DNA of 64,000 nucleotides from an uncultured Ectothiorhodospiraceae bacterium (lineage in GTDB: Bacteria > Pseudomonadota > Gammaproteobacteria > UBA9214). Positions 10,064-19,944 of the stretch are shown piece by piece (within the stretch, counting starts at the first letter, position 1; the number at the start of each line of letters is the position of its first letter). A program made the translations under genes and the position numbers. The notes beneath the pieces were generated by a model. The model was not told the origin of the DNA and made no database searches. It saw only the letters and a program-made list of their open reading frames with translations. Where the stretch lies: positions 218 to 64,217 of the forward strand of contig CAYUFA010000009.1 in NCBI GenBank assembly GCA_964443845.1, in the 5' to 3' direction.

Positions 10064-10612
10064 GTGCGACTGCGGGGCCTTCATCATGTGGAGCTTTCGG
10101 TGCTCGACTATCCGGCATCGCTGGCCTTTTTCGACAGGATGTTCGGCTGGCTCGGCTACAAGAGCTTCTGGACGCTGGATATCGGCTACCGGTCGACCTA
10201 TTACATGGCGCGCTTTCCCTTCCCGCACAGCTATATCGGCATTCAGCCGGCACGCAGCGGCAAGCGGCTGAATCCTGCGGACCAGGCCACGGGCATACAC
10301 CACGTGGCGCTCTGGGCGCGCAGTCGCAGGGAAGTTGACGAGTTTCATGCCGGGTTCCTGCTGCCCAACCAGGTGCCGGTGACGGACCCCCCGTCGGAAT
10401 ACCCGGTGTACACCCCGGGCTACTACGCGGTCTTCTTCGATGACCCGATCACGGGCATTCACTTCGAGCTCAGCCACACGCCGTTCCTGCCGTCGCCGTC
10501 CAGCGTGCTGCGCTGGCTGCGCGCACTGCAGCACGCGCGCACGGAACATCCGGAATGGAAGTCTGCACCCTGGAAGGAGGCCATGCGCCAACTGCCACCG
10601 AGAGAACGGTGA
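10064..10612 (+). CDS. VOC (glyoxalase/bleomycin-resistance/dioxygenase) family protein
   Basis: HHVELSV ... GIHHVAL ... FELSH metal-binding pattern of the VOC fold. GTG start. Confidence 0.65.
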   Translation: MRLRGLHHVELSVLDYPASLAFFDRMFGWLGYKSFWTLDIGYRSTYYMARFPFPHSYIGIQPARSGKRLNPADQATGIHHVALWARSRREVDEFHAGFLLPNQVPVTDPPSEYPVYTPGYYAVFFDDPITGIHFELSHTPFLPSPSSVLRWLRALQHARTEHPEWKSAPWKEAMRQLPPRER

Positions 10613-10893
10613 ATGCCCGGGCGGGTTGCGCCCGCGGAGTCCGGCTGGCCGGGCAACCGAACGGGCACCGGGAAGCTATAGTTACTGCACTGGCGGTATT
10701 CCGTCGCCGGTATGCTGGCCCTGCGATGACTGGCCCGGATCACGCGAATCGAGGCGGGAGTATCCAGGTCCGGCGGCACGGCGGCTTGGCGGTCGCCAGT
10801 CCGGGCCCGGCCTGCGCCTTGATCTGATCGGCGCGCACGGCCGGTTCGACGGCTGTGCCCGTTGCACAGGAACGACAACGAGGAGAAACCGGT

Positions 10894-11475
10894 ATGTCAG
10901 GATTTGGTATTTTCAATGAGAAGGATATCGATGGCCGCTGGTGGATATTTGCACGGCAACAGAAGGACATGTCCTGTGGGCCAGCGTGCGTGAAGATTGC
11001 GAAAGAACTGTATCACAACCGGGCCATCGGTGAGGAAGCGATACGCGGACTCGTGGGCATGCAGTATTCGGGCACGTCGAATACCGGGGAAACGCTGTTG
11101 CAGGCGGCAGCGGTGAGCGATGCCAGGTGGCGGTTGTACGGCGCGATCGAGGACATGGTGCTGCCCGCGGTCAGGCATCAGCCGCTGGCCATTCCGCAGG
11201 CATATTTCGCGCAGGGTATACAGCCGCTGCGCTATGCGTCCCGGAACAGCCCGGCGATCCTCGGTTTCAACTGGGAGACCGGCGGCGGACATTTCGTGGT
11301 ATGTGTCGGTCCGACGCGAACCGATCCGTCATTGTTCGTCATCCTGGATCCGGAAGCAGGCCTGCAGTACCTGTCGGCCGATGAGGCGGTCGGCTACACG
11401 TTCTACTATAGTCCTGCTGCTGCGTACGGTCGCCGGGGACAGATTGATCCGCGCGGTTACATCGTGACCAGCTGA
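10894..11475 (+). CDS. standalone papain-like cysteine peptidase, C39-like domain
   Basis: Q22..C28 (QQKDMSCGPAC), H133 (GGHFVVCVG) and D152 (ILDPEAG) reproduce the C39 Gln/Cys/His/Asp-Pro arrangement. RBS GGAGAAAC before the ATG. Confidence 0.6.
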   Translation: MSGFGIFNEKDIDGRWWIFARQQKDMSCGPACVKIAKELYHNRAIGEEAIRGLVGMQYSGTSNTGETLLQAAAVSDARWRLYGAIEDMVLPAVRHQPLAIPQAYFAQGIQPLRYASRNSPAILGFNWETGGGHFVVCVGPTRTDPSLFVILDPEAGLQYLSADEAVGYTFYYSPAAAYGRRGQIDPRGYIVTS

Positions 11476-11652
11476 CCGGCCGTGATGCGCGGACAGTCCG
11501 GCGCACGATCCGCGGCGGCAGGCGGGCGCAGGCACGGGATGCGGATGTCCGGCGCTGCACTGGTTGCGGAGCGGTGACCGCGCTGCAGTGCCGTGTTTTT
11601 GTGATACGGTTATGCAGGGCTGCCGGTCAGGCATGGACACAGGGAATTGGTT

Positions 11653-11961
11653 ATGGAAGAACTGGAAGTGACCTGGCTGCGTGCCGCCACGGTCTGGTGG
11701 AGCATATTCTGGCGCAGCTTCGTGATTGCCCTGGTAGCCGGGGCCGCAGCCGGGTTTGTCATCGGTATTGCGCTGGCGTCAATCGGCAGGGGGGACCTGG
11801 TCGAGTACTGGGGACGGCTGATCGGCGTGGTGGTCGCCGTGCCGGCCGGTGTCTGGGCGGTCAAGACCGTGCTGGGGAAGGAGTATCGCCAGTTCCGCAT
11901 TGCCCTGGTTCCCTCCGCGGAGGCGCGGCTGGAAAAGGTGGTGCGTGACAACGGGGCCTGA
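11653..11961 (+). CDS. small two-TM membrane protein
   Basis: 102-aa ORF with two hydrophobic helices, immediately downstream of the C39-like gene. GGGA RBS. Confidence 0.45.
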   Translation: MEELEVTWLRAATVWWSIFWRSFVIALVAGAAAGFVIGIALASIGRGDLVEYWGRLIGVVVAVPAGVWAVKTVLGKEYRQFRIALVPSAEARLEKVVRDNGA

Positions 11962-11997
11962 CGGGCACTGCACCCGCGCCTGAGTACACGACCAGCA

Positions 11998-12771
11998 ATG
12001 TCTTCGTCAAACAACCAGCACTGGGACCCGGAGCAATATGCGAAGCACGCAGGTTTCGTCCCGGAACTGGGCCTGCCCGTCGTCGAGTGGCTCGCCCCGC
12101 AAGCGGGCGAACGGATCCTGGATCTGGGATGCGGGGACGGGACGCTTTCTCTCCGGCTGCTCGAGTCGGGCTGCACGCTCGTGGCTGTCGATTCCAGTGC
12201 AGAGATGATTGCAGCGGCCAGATCCCGCGGGCTGGATGCCCGTGTTGCCGATGGACATTCACTCCCGTTCGGGGACGAGTTCGACGCCGTGTTCACCAAT
12301 GCCGCATTGCACTGGATGACCGAGCCGGAGCGGGTCATTACCGGTGTCTGGCGTGCGCTGAAACCCGGCGGGCGCTTTGTCGGTGAATTCGGGGGCTACG
12401 GTAATGTGGCCACCATGGTCGCTGCGCTCGACACGGCGCTGCGCGCGCGCGGGAAAGCGGTCGCCGCTCCCTGGTATTTCCCGCGCGCCGCAGAATACAC
12501 CCTGCTGCTGCAGGCGGGTGGCTTCCTGGTAGCACGCATGGAACTCATCCCTCGTCCCACGCAGTTGCCGGGCGGGATGGGCGGGTGGCTGGAGACGTTT
12601 GCCGGGCCCTATCTATCGGTGCTTGCCCCGGACGAGAGACCGGGTTTTCTGGCCGGGGTGGTGGAGGCACTGCGCGCGGCGCGCTGCACTGCGGACGGCA
12701 CCTGGACGGCGGACTATGTACGCCTGCGGTTTTGCGCGGCGAAACCGGGCCTGGCGGACACGCGAGGATGA
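11998..12771 (+). CDS. class I SAM-dependent methyltransferase (Tam/trans-aconitate MT-like)
   Basis: ILDLGCGDG motif I, acidic loop VAVDSSAEM, and ALHWM motif. Confidence 0.75.
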   Translation: MSSSNNQHWDPEQYAKHAGFVPELGLPVVEWLAPQAGERILDLGCGDGTLSLRLLESGCTLVAVDSSAEMIAAARSRGLDARVADGHSLPFGDEFDAVFTNAALHWMTEPERVITGVWRALKPGGRFVGEFGGYGNVATMVAALDTALRARGKAVAAPWYFPRAAEYTLLLQAGGFLVARMELIPRPTQLPGGMGGWLETFAGPYLSVLAPDERPGFLAGVVEALRAARCTADGTWTADYVRLRFCAAKPGLADTRG

Positions 12772-12779
12772 CTGCGGGG

Positions 12780-13325
12780 ATGAGGCAGGGCTGCCTGGCA
12801 ATGCTGTTCGTAGGGTGGCTCTTTCCCGGACTGGCGACTGCCGGCGGGAACGATTCCATACCCCGGGATGTGGACAGGGTGCTTTGGGAGCATCAGAACT
12901 GGGAGTCGAACGGAGGGTACCGGCGGCTGACCCTGTGGAACGACGGACGCTCGGAAGTCGAGGTGGTGCCACTTGCGAGGGTTCCGGCGGGCGCGCCCGA
13001 ACTGCTGCCGAAGGCGGGCTGGACAGTGGTACAGGAGACCCACCGCATCCGCTTCGTGCGCCGGAACGTCTATCCGCCCGAGGTGGTGCAGGCAAAACTG
13101 CGGGCTGCGGTCAATGCCGGCATTCTGCAACTCGAATCGTTCCGGGCCGGTTATCTGGACGGCAGTGGCACACGCGTCGTCGTGCGGGTCGCCGGCCGGG
13201 ACCGGGAAACCGTCCTCCCGATGTTCGGGGATGCCGACAGGAAGACCGTCAATTATCAACGCTTCGTGGCCGTGTCGAAGGTCCTGGACGGGTTCGATGC
13301 AGATGCCTTCGAGGTTGCAAAATGA
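12780..13325 (+). CDS. hypothetical secreted protein
   Basis: Signal peptide MRQGCLAMLFVGWLFPGLATA. Start is adjacent to or overlapping the preceding stop. No family recognised. Confidence 0.45.
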   Translation: MRQGCLAMLFVGWLFPGLATAGGNDSIPRDVDRVLWEHQNWESNGGYRRLTLWNDGRSEVEVVPLARVPAGAPELLPKAGWTVVQETHRIRFVRRNVYPPEVVQAKLRAAVNAGILQLESFRAGYLDGSGTRVVVRVAGRDRETVLPMFGDADRKTVNYQRFVAVSKVLDGFDADAFEVAK

Positions 13326-13593
13326 GCGCAACCCGCCACGGCGCAGCGGCCGGTGTGGCAGGGTGTTGCCCCTGACCGGTGCACCGTGCCTGCGCGGCGT
13401 GCAGGTGTGTTGCCAGCGTTGATCCGTATCCATCCGGTCCGCCAGTGCAGGAGTTTTTTTTAGGGGAGATCGGCGCATAATAGCCGTCTCCGTGGGGGGT
13501 ACGGCCGCTGGCCGGGCCTGCCCCGGGGCACCGGCGCAACAGGTGACCGATGCCCTGTCATCAACGACCATATAACGAATCCGGAGGAGCAAC

Positions 13594-14190
13594 ATGTCAA
13601 CGACCCTGACACTCTACAGAGGTGAAAAAAACAACTGGTGGCCGGCGCCGGAAATCAGGTTGATGAGCGGGATGACGCTGTACGAGCCCTGGCCCGGCAA
13701 AACCGTGCCGATCCTCTGGGAACAACTCCGGCAGGAAGTCAGTACGCAGCTCGGCCTTTCGCTGCAGGCCAAGACCGCCGCCTATGCCCAGTACCTGCGG
13801 GCAACGGGGCACCCGTTTGCCCTGGCCACGGCATGGACGAACGTCGGTTCTTTTACATCGGATTACAATTACATCATCAAGATCCCCAATGCATACCTGT
13901 TTTACTGGGGGGGCACGAAGACATCGCCGGATATCGGTGAGGCGGTCCCCTCCAGCGAGTACGACAGCGTCACCGGGGATTTCATCGTGCTCAATTCACC
14001 GACGGTGAACGGTTCCACCGTGCTCGGTTTCGGCCACAAGACCGCCACCAGGGAAATCACGTTTTTTCACGATATGCCGCTCAAATACATCGACTCCGTC
14101 AACGGCAAGCCGACCTCGACCCTGAAGCTCAAGAGCTCTGGTGACCTGTCGTTCGATGAAAAGGTCAAATACCGGAAGTTTCTCCGCTGA
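13594..14190 (+). CDS. hypothetical protein in lower-GC patch, with an R/STS/E-like motif spacing reminiscent of ADP-ribosyltransferases (speculative)
   Basis: Good RBS GGAGGAG. LYRGE at residues 7-11, FTS at 88-90, SEY at 121-123. Local GC is lower than the flanks. Confidence 0.45.
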   Translation: MSTTLTLYRGEKNNWWPAPEIRLMSGMTLYEPWPGKTVPILWEQLRQEVSTQLGLSLQAKTAAYAQYLRATGHPFALATAWTNVGSFTSDYNYIIKIPNAYLFYWGGTKTSPDIGEAVPSSEYDSVTGDFIVLNSPTVNGSTVLGFGHKTATREITFFHDMPLKYIDSVNGKPTSTLKLKSSGDLSFDEKVKYRKFLR

Positions 14191-14322
14191 AGCAGCCGCG
14201 CGGTGAGGCCCCTGGCTGTGTTGCGGCTCGCGCCTGGAGCGACGGCTACAGTACGCTCGCCGCGCCGTGCCAGGAATCAAACATCGCCGCGGTCGCGGCC
14301 GCGGGGAATTATGAGGTAGGTT

Positions 14323-15327
14323 CTAGCAGATCCGCGGCAGCGGATCGTCCTCCAGCTCTTCCAGGATGCGTTCGCCGCCGAGTGCGGTATGCAGCAGTAC
14401 GTGCCGGTGCCGGTCCGCCAGCTGACCGATGATCCCGGCAGCGTGTCCCTGCGGCAGGCTGCGCCAGCGTTCCAGCAGGGGTGCCGCGTCCGCCTCGCTC
14501 ACCACGGCAACGACGCGGCCCTCGCAGGCAAGGTAGAGCGGGTCGTAGCCGAGCATGTCGCACACCCCCAGCACGGTATCACGGATCGGCACGGCCTCCT
14601 GCTGCAGTGTTACGCCCAGGCCGGTGGCACGGCGGATCTCGTGGCACACGGTGGCGAGCCCGCCGCGCGTCGGATCGCGCATGAAGCGCAGCCCGGGAAA
14701 GTCCAGTGCGCTGCGCGTGAACGGCAGCACGCTGGCCGCGTCCGAGAGGAGGTCGCCGTGCAGCTCGAAGGCCTCGCGCGCCAGCATGACGGCGATGCCG
14801 TGGTCGCCAACGGGCCCGCTTACCAGCAGCACGTCGCCGGAGCGGATGCGGTCAAGCCCGACGTGGTGCGGGTGCCGGATGCCGATGCCGGTTGTGGCGA
14901 GGTAAAGCCCGCCGCCTTCGCCACGGCGTACGACCTTGGTGTCACCCGCGACCACCTGCACGTCACACTCACGTGCCGCGGCGGCAAGGCTGCGGATGAT
15001 GCGATCGAGGGTCGCGACCTCCAGGCCTTCCTCGATGAAGGCGTTGAGGCTGAGGTAGCGCGGCGTGGCGCCAGCCACGGCGAGGTCGTTGCAGGTGCCG
15101 TGGATGGCGAGCGAGCCGATGTTGCCGCCGGGAAATTCCAGCGGCTGCACCGTGAAGCCGTCCGTGGTGAACATCAGTCCGCCGCCATCGAGGGCCAGTG
15201 GCACGGCATCGGCCTGCACGTCGAGTCCGGGATTGGCGAGGTGGCGCGCGAAGATGTCCTCGACCAGCTCGCGCATGAAGCGTCCCCCGTTGCCGTGCGC
15301 GAGCGAGATGTGGGTGTCCTGCATCAT
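14323..15327 (-). CDS. hypE: hydrogenase maturation protein HypE
   Basis: PurM-like fold with C-terminal PRIC. Start MMQDTHISLAHGNGG overlaps the hypF stop (ATGA). Confidence 0.9.
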   Translation of the reverse strand: MMQDTHISLAHGNGGRFMRELVEDIFARHLANPGLDVQADAVPLALDGGGLMFTTDGFTVQPLEFPGGNIGSLAIHGTCNDLAVAGATPRYLSLNAFIEEGLEVATLDRIIRSLAAAARECDVQVVAGDTKVVRRGEGGGLYLATTGIGIRHPHHVGLDRIRSGDVLLVSGPVGDHGIAVMLAREAFELHGDLLSDAASVLPFTRSALDFPGLRFMRDPTRGGLATVCHEIRRATGLGVTLQQEAVPIRDTVLGVCDMLGYDPLYLACEGRVVAVVSEADAAPLLERWRSLPQGHAAGIIGQLADRHRHVLLHTALGGERILEELEDDPLPRIC

Positions 15328-17570
15328 CCTGCGTTCTGGTGCCTGACTGCGTATTCGACCGCCTGCCCGAAACACAGCCCGGCGTCGTTGACCGGGACCC
15401 GCTCCGGCAATGTGACCAGGAATTCCTCCTCGTGCAGGCGCCCGATGACGGCCGCGCTCAGCCTGCGGTTCTGGAAGACGCCTCCGCACAGGCCGACATG
15501 GTCGATCCCGTGTTCCCGGCGTGCCTGCTGCGCCTGGCGCAGGATGGCCTCGGCCAGGCTGGTGTGAAACATGGCCGCACGCATGCCGACGGCCAGATGT
15601 TCGTCCAGCAGCACCGGCAGCAGGGGCGCCCAGTCACAGGTCCACAGCCCCCGTGCATCGCGCGCCAGCGGCAGTTCCAGCGCCGTGGCATCCTGATCGC
15701 TGGCGGCCTCCAGGCGCATGGGTCCCTGGCCGTCGTGGCTGGCGACGCTGCACAGGCCGGTGAGTGCCGCGGCCGCATCGAACAGGCGTCCGGCCGCACT
15801 GGTCTGCGGGGAATTGATGCGGTTCTGCCAGGCGTGGTGCAACAGCGCGGCGTCGTGCGGGAGACCCGGCCAGTGGGTCCCGGTCTCCCAGCACAGTGCG
15901 GCGGCGCAGCGCCAGGGTTCCTGGATGGCACGTTCGCCACCGGGCAGGTGGAACGGACGCAGCGTCGCGAAGCGCTGCCAGTGTCCGGGCCAGCCCAGCA
16001 GTGCCTCGCCACCCCACAGGGTGCCATCCTCCCCGTAACCGGTACCGTCCCAGGTGAACACCAGTGACGGGTTGGTCGCGCCGGCGGCCTGCGCGGCGAC
16101 TGCCGCGTGCGCATGGTGGTGGAACACGTGCGTGACCGGCAGGCCGCTGCGCGCGGCCCAGCGCGTGGCGGCGTAGCCCGGATGGGCGTCGCAGATGACG
16201 GCCACGGCCTGCTCGCGGTACAGGGACTGGAGGTCCTGCACGCATTGCGTGAACACGCCCATGCTGCGCGGACTGTCCAGGTCGCCGATGTGCGGCGAGA
16301 TCACGATGCGGTCCTGCCAGGCCAGGGCGATGGTATTTTTCTGCTGGCCGCCCAGCGCCAGCACGGGGTGCGGCAGCGTAAAGGGCAGGGTCAGTTCGAG
16401 GGGCGCGCAACCGCGGCCGGGGCGCAGCAGGCGCGGTCGATCGGCGACCTCGCGGTACACGGGGTCATCGGCGGGGCGCGCAATCGGGCGGTTGTGATGC
16501 AGGAAGGCATCCGCGACGTGACCGAGGCGTTCCTCGACATCGAGGCATTCGGTCAGTACGGGTTCCCCGCTGAGGTTGGCCGAGGTCGCGACCAGGGCTG
16601 CGCCAAAGGCGTTCAGCAGCAGGTGGTGCAGGGGGCTGTAGGGCAGCATGACCCCGATCTCCTGCAGACCGGGCGCGATCCCGGCAGCCAGCCCGTTGCC
16701 CTCCCTTTTCCTGGCCAGCAGGATCGGCCGCTGCGGGGAAAGCAGCAGTTCGGCCTCGTCGCGTGACAGCCACACCAGGCTGCTGATGCAGTGCAGCGGG
16801 CGTGCAGCCGGTGCCGGGCAGAGGACTGCCAGCGGTTTGTCGGGGCGGCGTTTGCGCGCGCGCAGCAGGTGCACGGCCCGGTCACTGCGGGCATCGCACA
16901 TCAGGTGATAGCCGCCGATGCCCTTGACGGCCAGGATGCCCCCGGCGCGCAGCACGTCCAGGGCGGCCTGCAGTGCCACGGTATTACCACGCAGGTGCGG
17001 CTGTCCGGCACAGTGAAACGCCAGTTCGGGTCCGCAATCGGGGCAGGCGACCGGCTCGGCGTGAAAGCGGCGGTTGTCCGGGTCGCGATACTGCGCACTG
17101 CATTCCGGACACAACGGGAAGCTGTTCATGGTGGTGTTGGCGCGGTCGTACGGGAGCTGGCGGATCAGCGTGTAGCGCGGCCCGCACTGCGTGCAGTTGA
17201 TGAACGGGTAGTGGTAGCGGCAGTCGTGCGGATCTTCGAGCTCGGCGAGGCAGTCATTGCAGGTGGCGAGATCGGTCGGCAGGTGGATACTGCGCGGCCC
17301 GTGGTCGACGCTGTCGCGGATTGCGAAGCCTTGCGTCTCGATCGGCAGCGCCGCGATGCAACTGTCCAGCTGCGCGTGCGCCTGTGGCGGGGCCTGCTCG
17401 AACAGCCGGCGCATGAAGATCTGCAGGGCGTCGTGCCGGCCCTGCACGTGGATTTCGACCCGCCCGATATTGTTGCGGACCCAGCCGTTGAGGTGCAGTG
17501 ACTGTGCCAGCTGGTAGACGAATGGCCGGAATCCCACGCCCTGTACCTGGCCGCCGACCTGCAGGCGCAT
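15324..17570 (-). CDS. hypF: carbamoyltransferase HypF
   Basis: Acylphosphatase domain (MRLQVGGQVQGVGFRP), two Zn-finger CxxC pairs, YrdC and Kae1-like domains. About 749 aa from the MRLQVGG start. Confidence 0.9.
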   Translation of the reverse strand: MRLQVGGQVQGVGFRPFVYQLAQSLHLNGWVRNNIGRVEIHVQGRHDALQIFMRRLFEQAPPQAHAQLDSCIAALPIETQGFAIRDSVDHGPRSIHLPTDLATCNDCLAELEDPHDCRYHYPFINCTQCGPRYTLIRQLPYDRANTTMNSFPLCPECSAQYRDPDNRRFHAEPVACPDCGPELAFHCAGQPHLRGNTVALQAALDVLRAGGILAVKGIGGYHLMCDARSDRAVHLLRARKRRPDKPLAVLCPAPAARPLHCISSLVWLSRDEAELLLSPQRPILLARKREGNGLAAGIAPGLQEIGVMLPYSPLHHLLLNAFGAALVATSANLSGEPVLTECLDVEERLGHVADAFLHHNRPIARPADDPVYREVADRPRLLRPGRGCAPLELTLPFTLPHPVLALGGQQKNTIALAWQDRIVISPHIGDLDSPRSMGVFTQCVQDLQSLYREQAVAVICDAHPGYAATRWAARSGLPVTHVFHHHAHAAVAAQAAGATNPSLVFTWDGTGYGEDGTLWGGEALLGWPGHWQRFATLRPFHLPGGERAIQEPWRCAAALCWETGTHWPGLPHDAALLHHAWQNRINSPQTSAAGRLFDAAAALTGLCSVASHDGQGPMRLEAASDQDATALELPLARDARGLWTCDWAPLLPVLLDEHLAVGMRAAMFHTSLAEAILRQAQQARREHGIDHVGLCGGVFQNRRLSAAVIGRLHEEEFLVTLPERVPVNDAGLCFGQAVEYAVRHQNAG

Positions 17571-17622
17571 GGCCGCGGGCGTGGCTGTGGTGCGCAGCGG
17601 GTGTTCGGAGGCGTCGGCCAAA

Positions 17623-18747
17623 TCAGCCTCCGCGAGTGGCTGTGCGGGGCGGCGGAACCGGTTCGCGCATGCCGGCGGACCACCAGATGCGGCAGGCGCC
17701 TTCATCGGACACCATGCATGGCCCGATCGGGTGGCGTGGCTGGCAGGCCACCCCGAACAGGCGGCATTCGTTGGGGCGGATGCGGCCCATGACCACGCGC
17801 GCGCAGTCACAGCCGGGCGGCATGGCGCCGGCACGCTTGCGGGCATCGTCGGCATAGGACGGGAATTGCCGGCGCGCGTCGTGCGCGCGGTAGCGTTCGT
17901 TCAGCGTGTAGCCGGAGGCCGGGATCGTCCCGACCCCGCGCCAGGTGGCATCCTGCACATCCATGGTCTGCTGCAGGTATTGCTGCGCCAGGCGGTTGCC
18001 GCCGGGCCGCACCACGTCCGGGTAGCAGTTGTCGAGGAAGCGTTGATCGTCAAGTAACTGGCGAAGCGTGGAATAGAAGGCGGCCAGCAGGCTTTCCGGT
18101 GTGAAGCCGGCCACCGCGGCGGGGATGCCGTGCCTGCGCACGACGAATTCCCACTCCTCCGGCCCCATGATGGTTGCGACATGGCCAGGCGCAACCAGCG
18201 CGTCAAAGCCCGGGCTGTCCGAGTCGAGCAGCAGTGCGACGGCCGGCCATGTCAAACGGCCGGACAACAGAATGAACAGGTTGTCCGGTATGCCTTCCAC
18301 CAGCAGCGCGGCGGTCGGCGCGGTAGTGGTTTCAAAGCCGGCGGCGAAGAACACCACCGCGCGTTCGGGCTGGCTGCGGGCGATGCGGGTGGCCTCCTGG
18401 GGCGAGGCGATGGGCCGTACGTCCGCGCCCTGCGCGCGTGCCGCTTCCAAAGAGCGTGCCTGCGCGCGCGGTACGTTGACCGGCACGCGCAGCATGTCTC
18501 CGTAGGCAACCAGGATCACATTCTCGTGCAGCGCGAGCTGGATCGCCTCGTAGATGTCCTCCTCCGGACAGATGCAGACCGGACAGCCGGGGCCCGGGAT
18601 CAGTTCGATGTTGCCGGGCAGTGCCCCGCGCAGGCCGGCCATGGTGATGGAGCGTTCGTGCCCGCCGCAGACGTTCATGATGCGGACGCGCGGCGGCAGC
18701 CGCAGGGCGTGGATGCGCGCGAGCCAGTCAGCCGCCTGCATGGTCAT
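17623..18747 (-). CDS. hypD: hydrogenase maturation protein HypD
   Basis: CGGHE, GPGCPVC and C-terminal Cys motifs. ATG overlaps the hypB stop. Confidence 0.9.
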   Translation of the reverse strand: MTMQAADWLARIHALRLPPRVRIMNVCGGHERSITMAGLRGALPGNIELIPGPGCPVCICPEEDIYEAIQLALHENVILVAYGDMLRVPVNVPRAQARSLEAARAQGADVRPIASPQEATRIARSQPERAVVFFAAGFETTTAPTAALLVEGIPDNLFILLSGRLTWPAVALLLDSDSPGFDALVAPGHVATIMGPEEWEFVVRRHGIPAAVAGFTPESLLAAFYSTLRQLLDDQRFLDNCYPDVVRPGGNRLAQQYLQQTMDVQDATWRGVGTIPASGYTLNERYRAHDARRQFPSYADDARKRAGAMPPGCDCARVVMGRIRPNECRLFGVACQPRHPIGPCMVSDEGACRIWWSAGMREPVPPPRTATRGG

Positions 18748-19544
18748 GGTATGTGCAGTTGCCGTTCCGTGCCGGTTGCATCCGGGTGGTCCCGGCGCTC
18801 GAGCAGGGTGTTACCGGCCGCCGCGAGCCAGTCGAGCCACGCGTCAACGCCGGAACCGCTGCGGGCCGACAGCTCGAGTACCGGTGCGGGACTGGCCAGT
18901 TCCTGCAGGTGCCGGCGTGCCGTGTCCGGATTGAAATCGTCCAGCACCGGCAGCAGGTCGCACTTGCTGAGCAGCACCAGATCCGCGGCGCGGAACATGA
19001 CCGGGTACTTGGCCGGCTTGTCGTCCCCCTCCGTGGTCGACAGCAGCACGACATTGTGATGCTGCCCGAGATCGAACCCGGCCGGGCACACCAGGTTGCC
19101 GACGTTTTCGATGAACACGATGTCGAACTGGTCCAGGTCAAGCTGGTGCAGGGCATCGTGCACCATGTGCGCGTCGAGGTGACAGGCACTGCCGGTGGTG
19201 ATCTGGACGGCGTGGACGCCACGCCGGCGGATGCGTTCGGCGTCATTTTCCGTTTCCAGGTCACCCTCGATCACGGCGATGGACCGGTCCTTGCCGAGGA
19301 CGTCGATGGTCGCCTCCAGCAGCGCCGTCTTGCCGGCGCCGGGCGAGGACATCAGGTTGACGGCGAGGACCCCGTGCCGGTCGAAGTGGGCGCGATTATG
19401 CGCGGCGGTCCGGTCATTCTCGTGCAGCAGGTGCCGCAGCACGCTGACGGATTCGTGACCGCTGACGGTACGCGACAGTTTTGCGCCCGGCGCGAGCAGG
19501 TGCGCGTTGCCATGGGTTACATTACAGCCACAGGTGTTACACAT
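18744..19544 (-). CDS. hypB: hydrogenase nickel-incorporation GTPase HypB
   Basis: N-terminal MCNTCGC metal-binding motif, GSPGAGKT P-loop, ENVGNLVCP. Confidence 0.9.
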   Translation of the reverse strand: MCNTCGCNVTHGNAHLLAPGAKLSRTVSGHESVSVLRHLLHENDRTAAHNRAHFDRHGVLAVNLMSSPGAGKTALLEATIDVLGKDRSIAVIEGDLETENDAERIRRRGVHAVQITTGSACHLDAHMVHDALHQLDLDQFDIVFIENVGNLVCPAGFDLGQHHNVVLLSTTEGDDKPAKYPVMFRAADLVLLSKCDLLPVLDDFNPDTARRHLQELASPAPVLELSARSGSGVDAWLDWLAAAGNTLLERRDHPDATGTERQLHIP

Positions 19545-19563
19545 GTTCGGGCCTCCTGTTGCC

Positions 19564-19944
19564 TCAGTGTGCGGCAGCCTTCCGGTCCGCTGGCGCGGGT
19601 GCCACGGAAAGCTCGACGGTGGTCAGCAGCAGGTCATCGCCGCTGACCAGCCTGGTACGCCAGTCCCCGCACTCACCGCATACCAGTCGGGCCGGGACGG
19701 CCTCGGTCTCGGCCCCGCAGGTACGGCAATGCACGCGGATCGGCATGCTGCTCAGGTTCAGGCGGGCACCCTCGGCCAGGGTGCCCGCGCAGGCGATGCG
19801 AAAGGCCTGTTGCAGCAGTTCCGGTTCGACGCCGGACAGCGGTCCGACCCGTACGTTGATCTCGGTGACTTCACAGGCGTTGCGGTCATGCGCGATGCCC
19901 TCGACCTGGTCGAGCAGGGCCTGGCAGACGGACAGTTCATGCAT
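19564..19944 (-). CDS. hypA: hydrogenase nickel-insertion protein HypA
   Basis: MHELSVCQALLDQ N-terminus and C-terminal CxxC...CxxC zinc site (CRTCG...CGECG). Confidence 0.85.
   Translation of the reverse strand: MHELSVCQALLDQVEGIAHDRNACEVTEINVRVGPLSGVEPELLQQAFRIACAGTLAEGARLNLSSMPIRVHCRTCGAETEAVPARLVCGECGDWRTRLVSGDDLLLTTVELSVAPAPADRKAAAH

Noticed and set aside
13454-13461. T8 tract downstream of the secreted-protein gene as an intrinsic terminator
   Set aside because: No convincing adjacent stem-loop. Only a short CCTGC...GCAGG hairpin 50 nt upstream.
15339-16067. Many long ORFs antisense to or out of frame with hypF, hypE, hypD, nnrS, norD and others (e.g. 15339-16067 +, 15634-16410 -, 12599-13375 +, 25131-25718 +, 56018-56653 -)
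   Set aside because: Arg/Ala/Gly/Pro-rich low-complexity translations typical of high-GC antisense frames. They overlap genes with clear family signatures.
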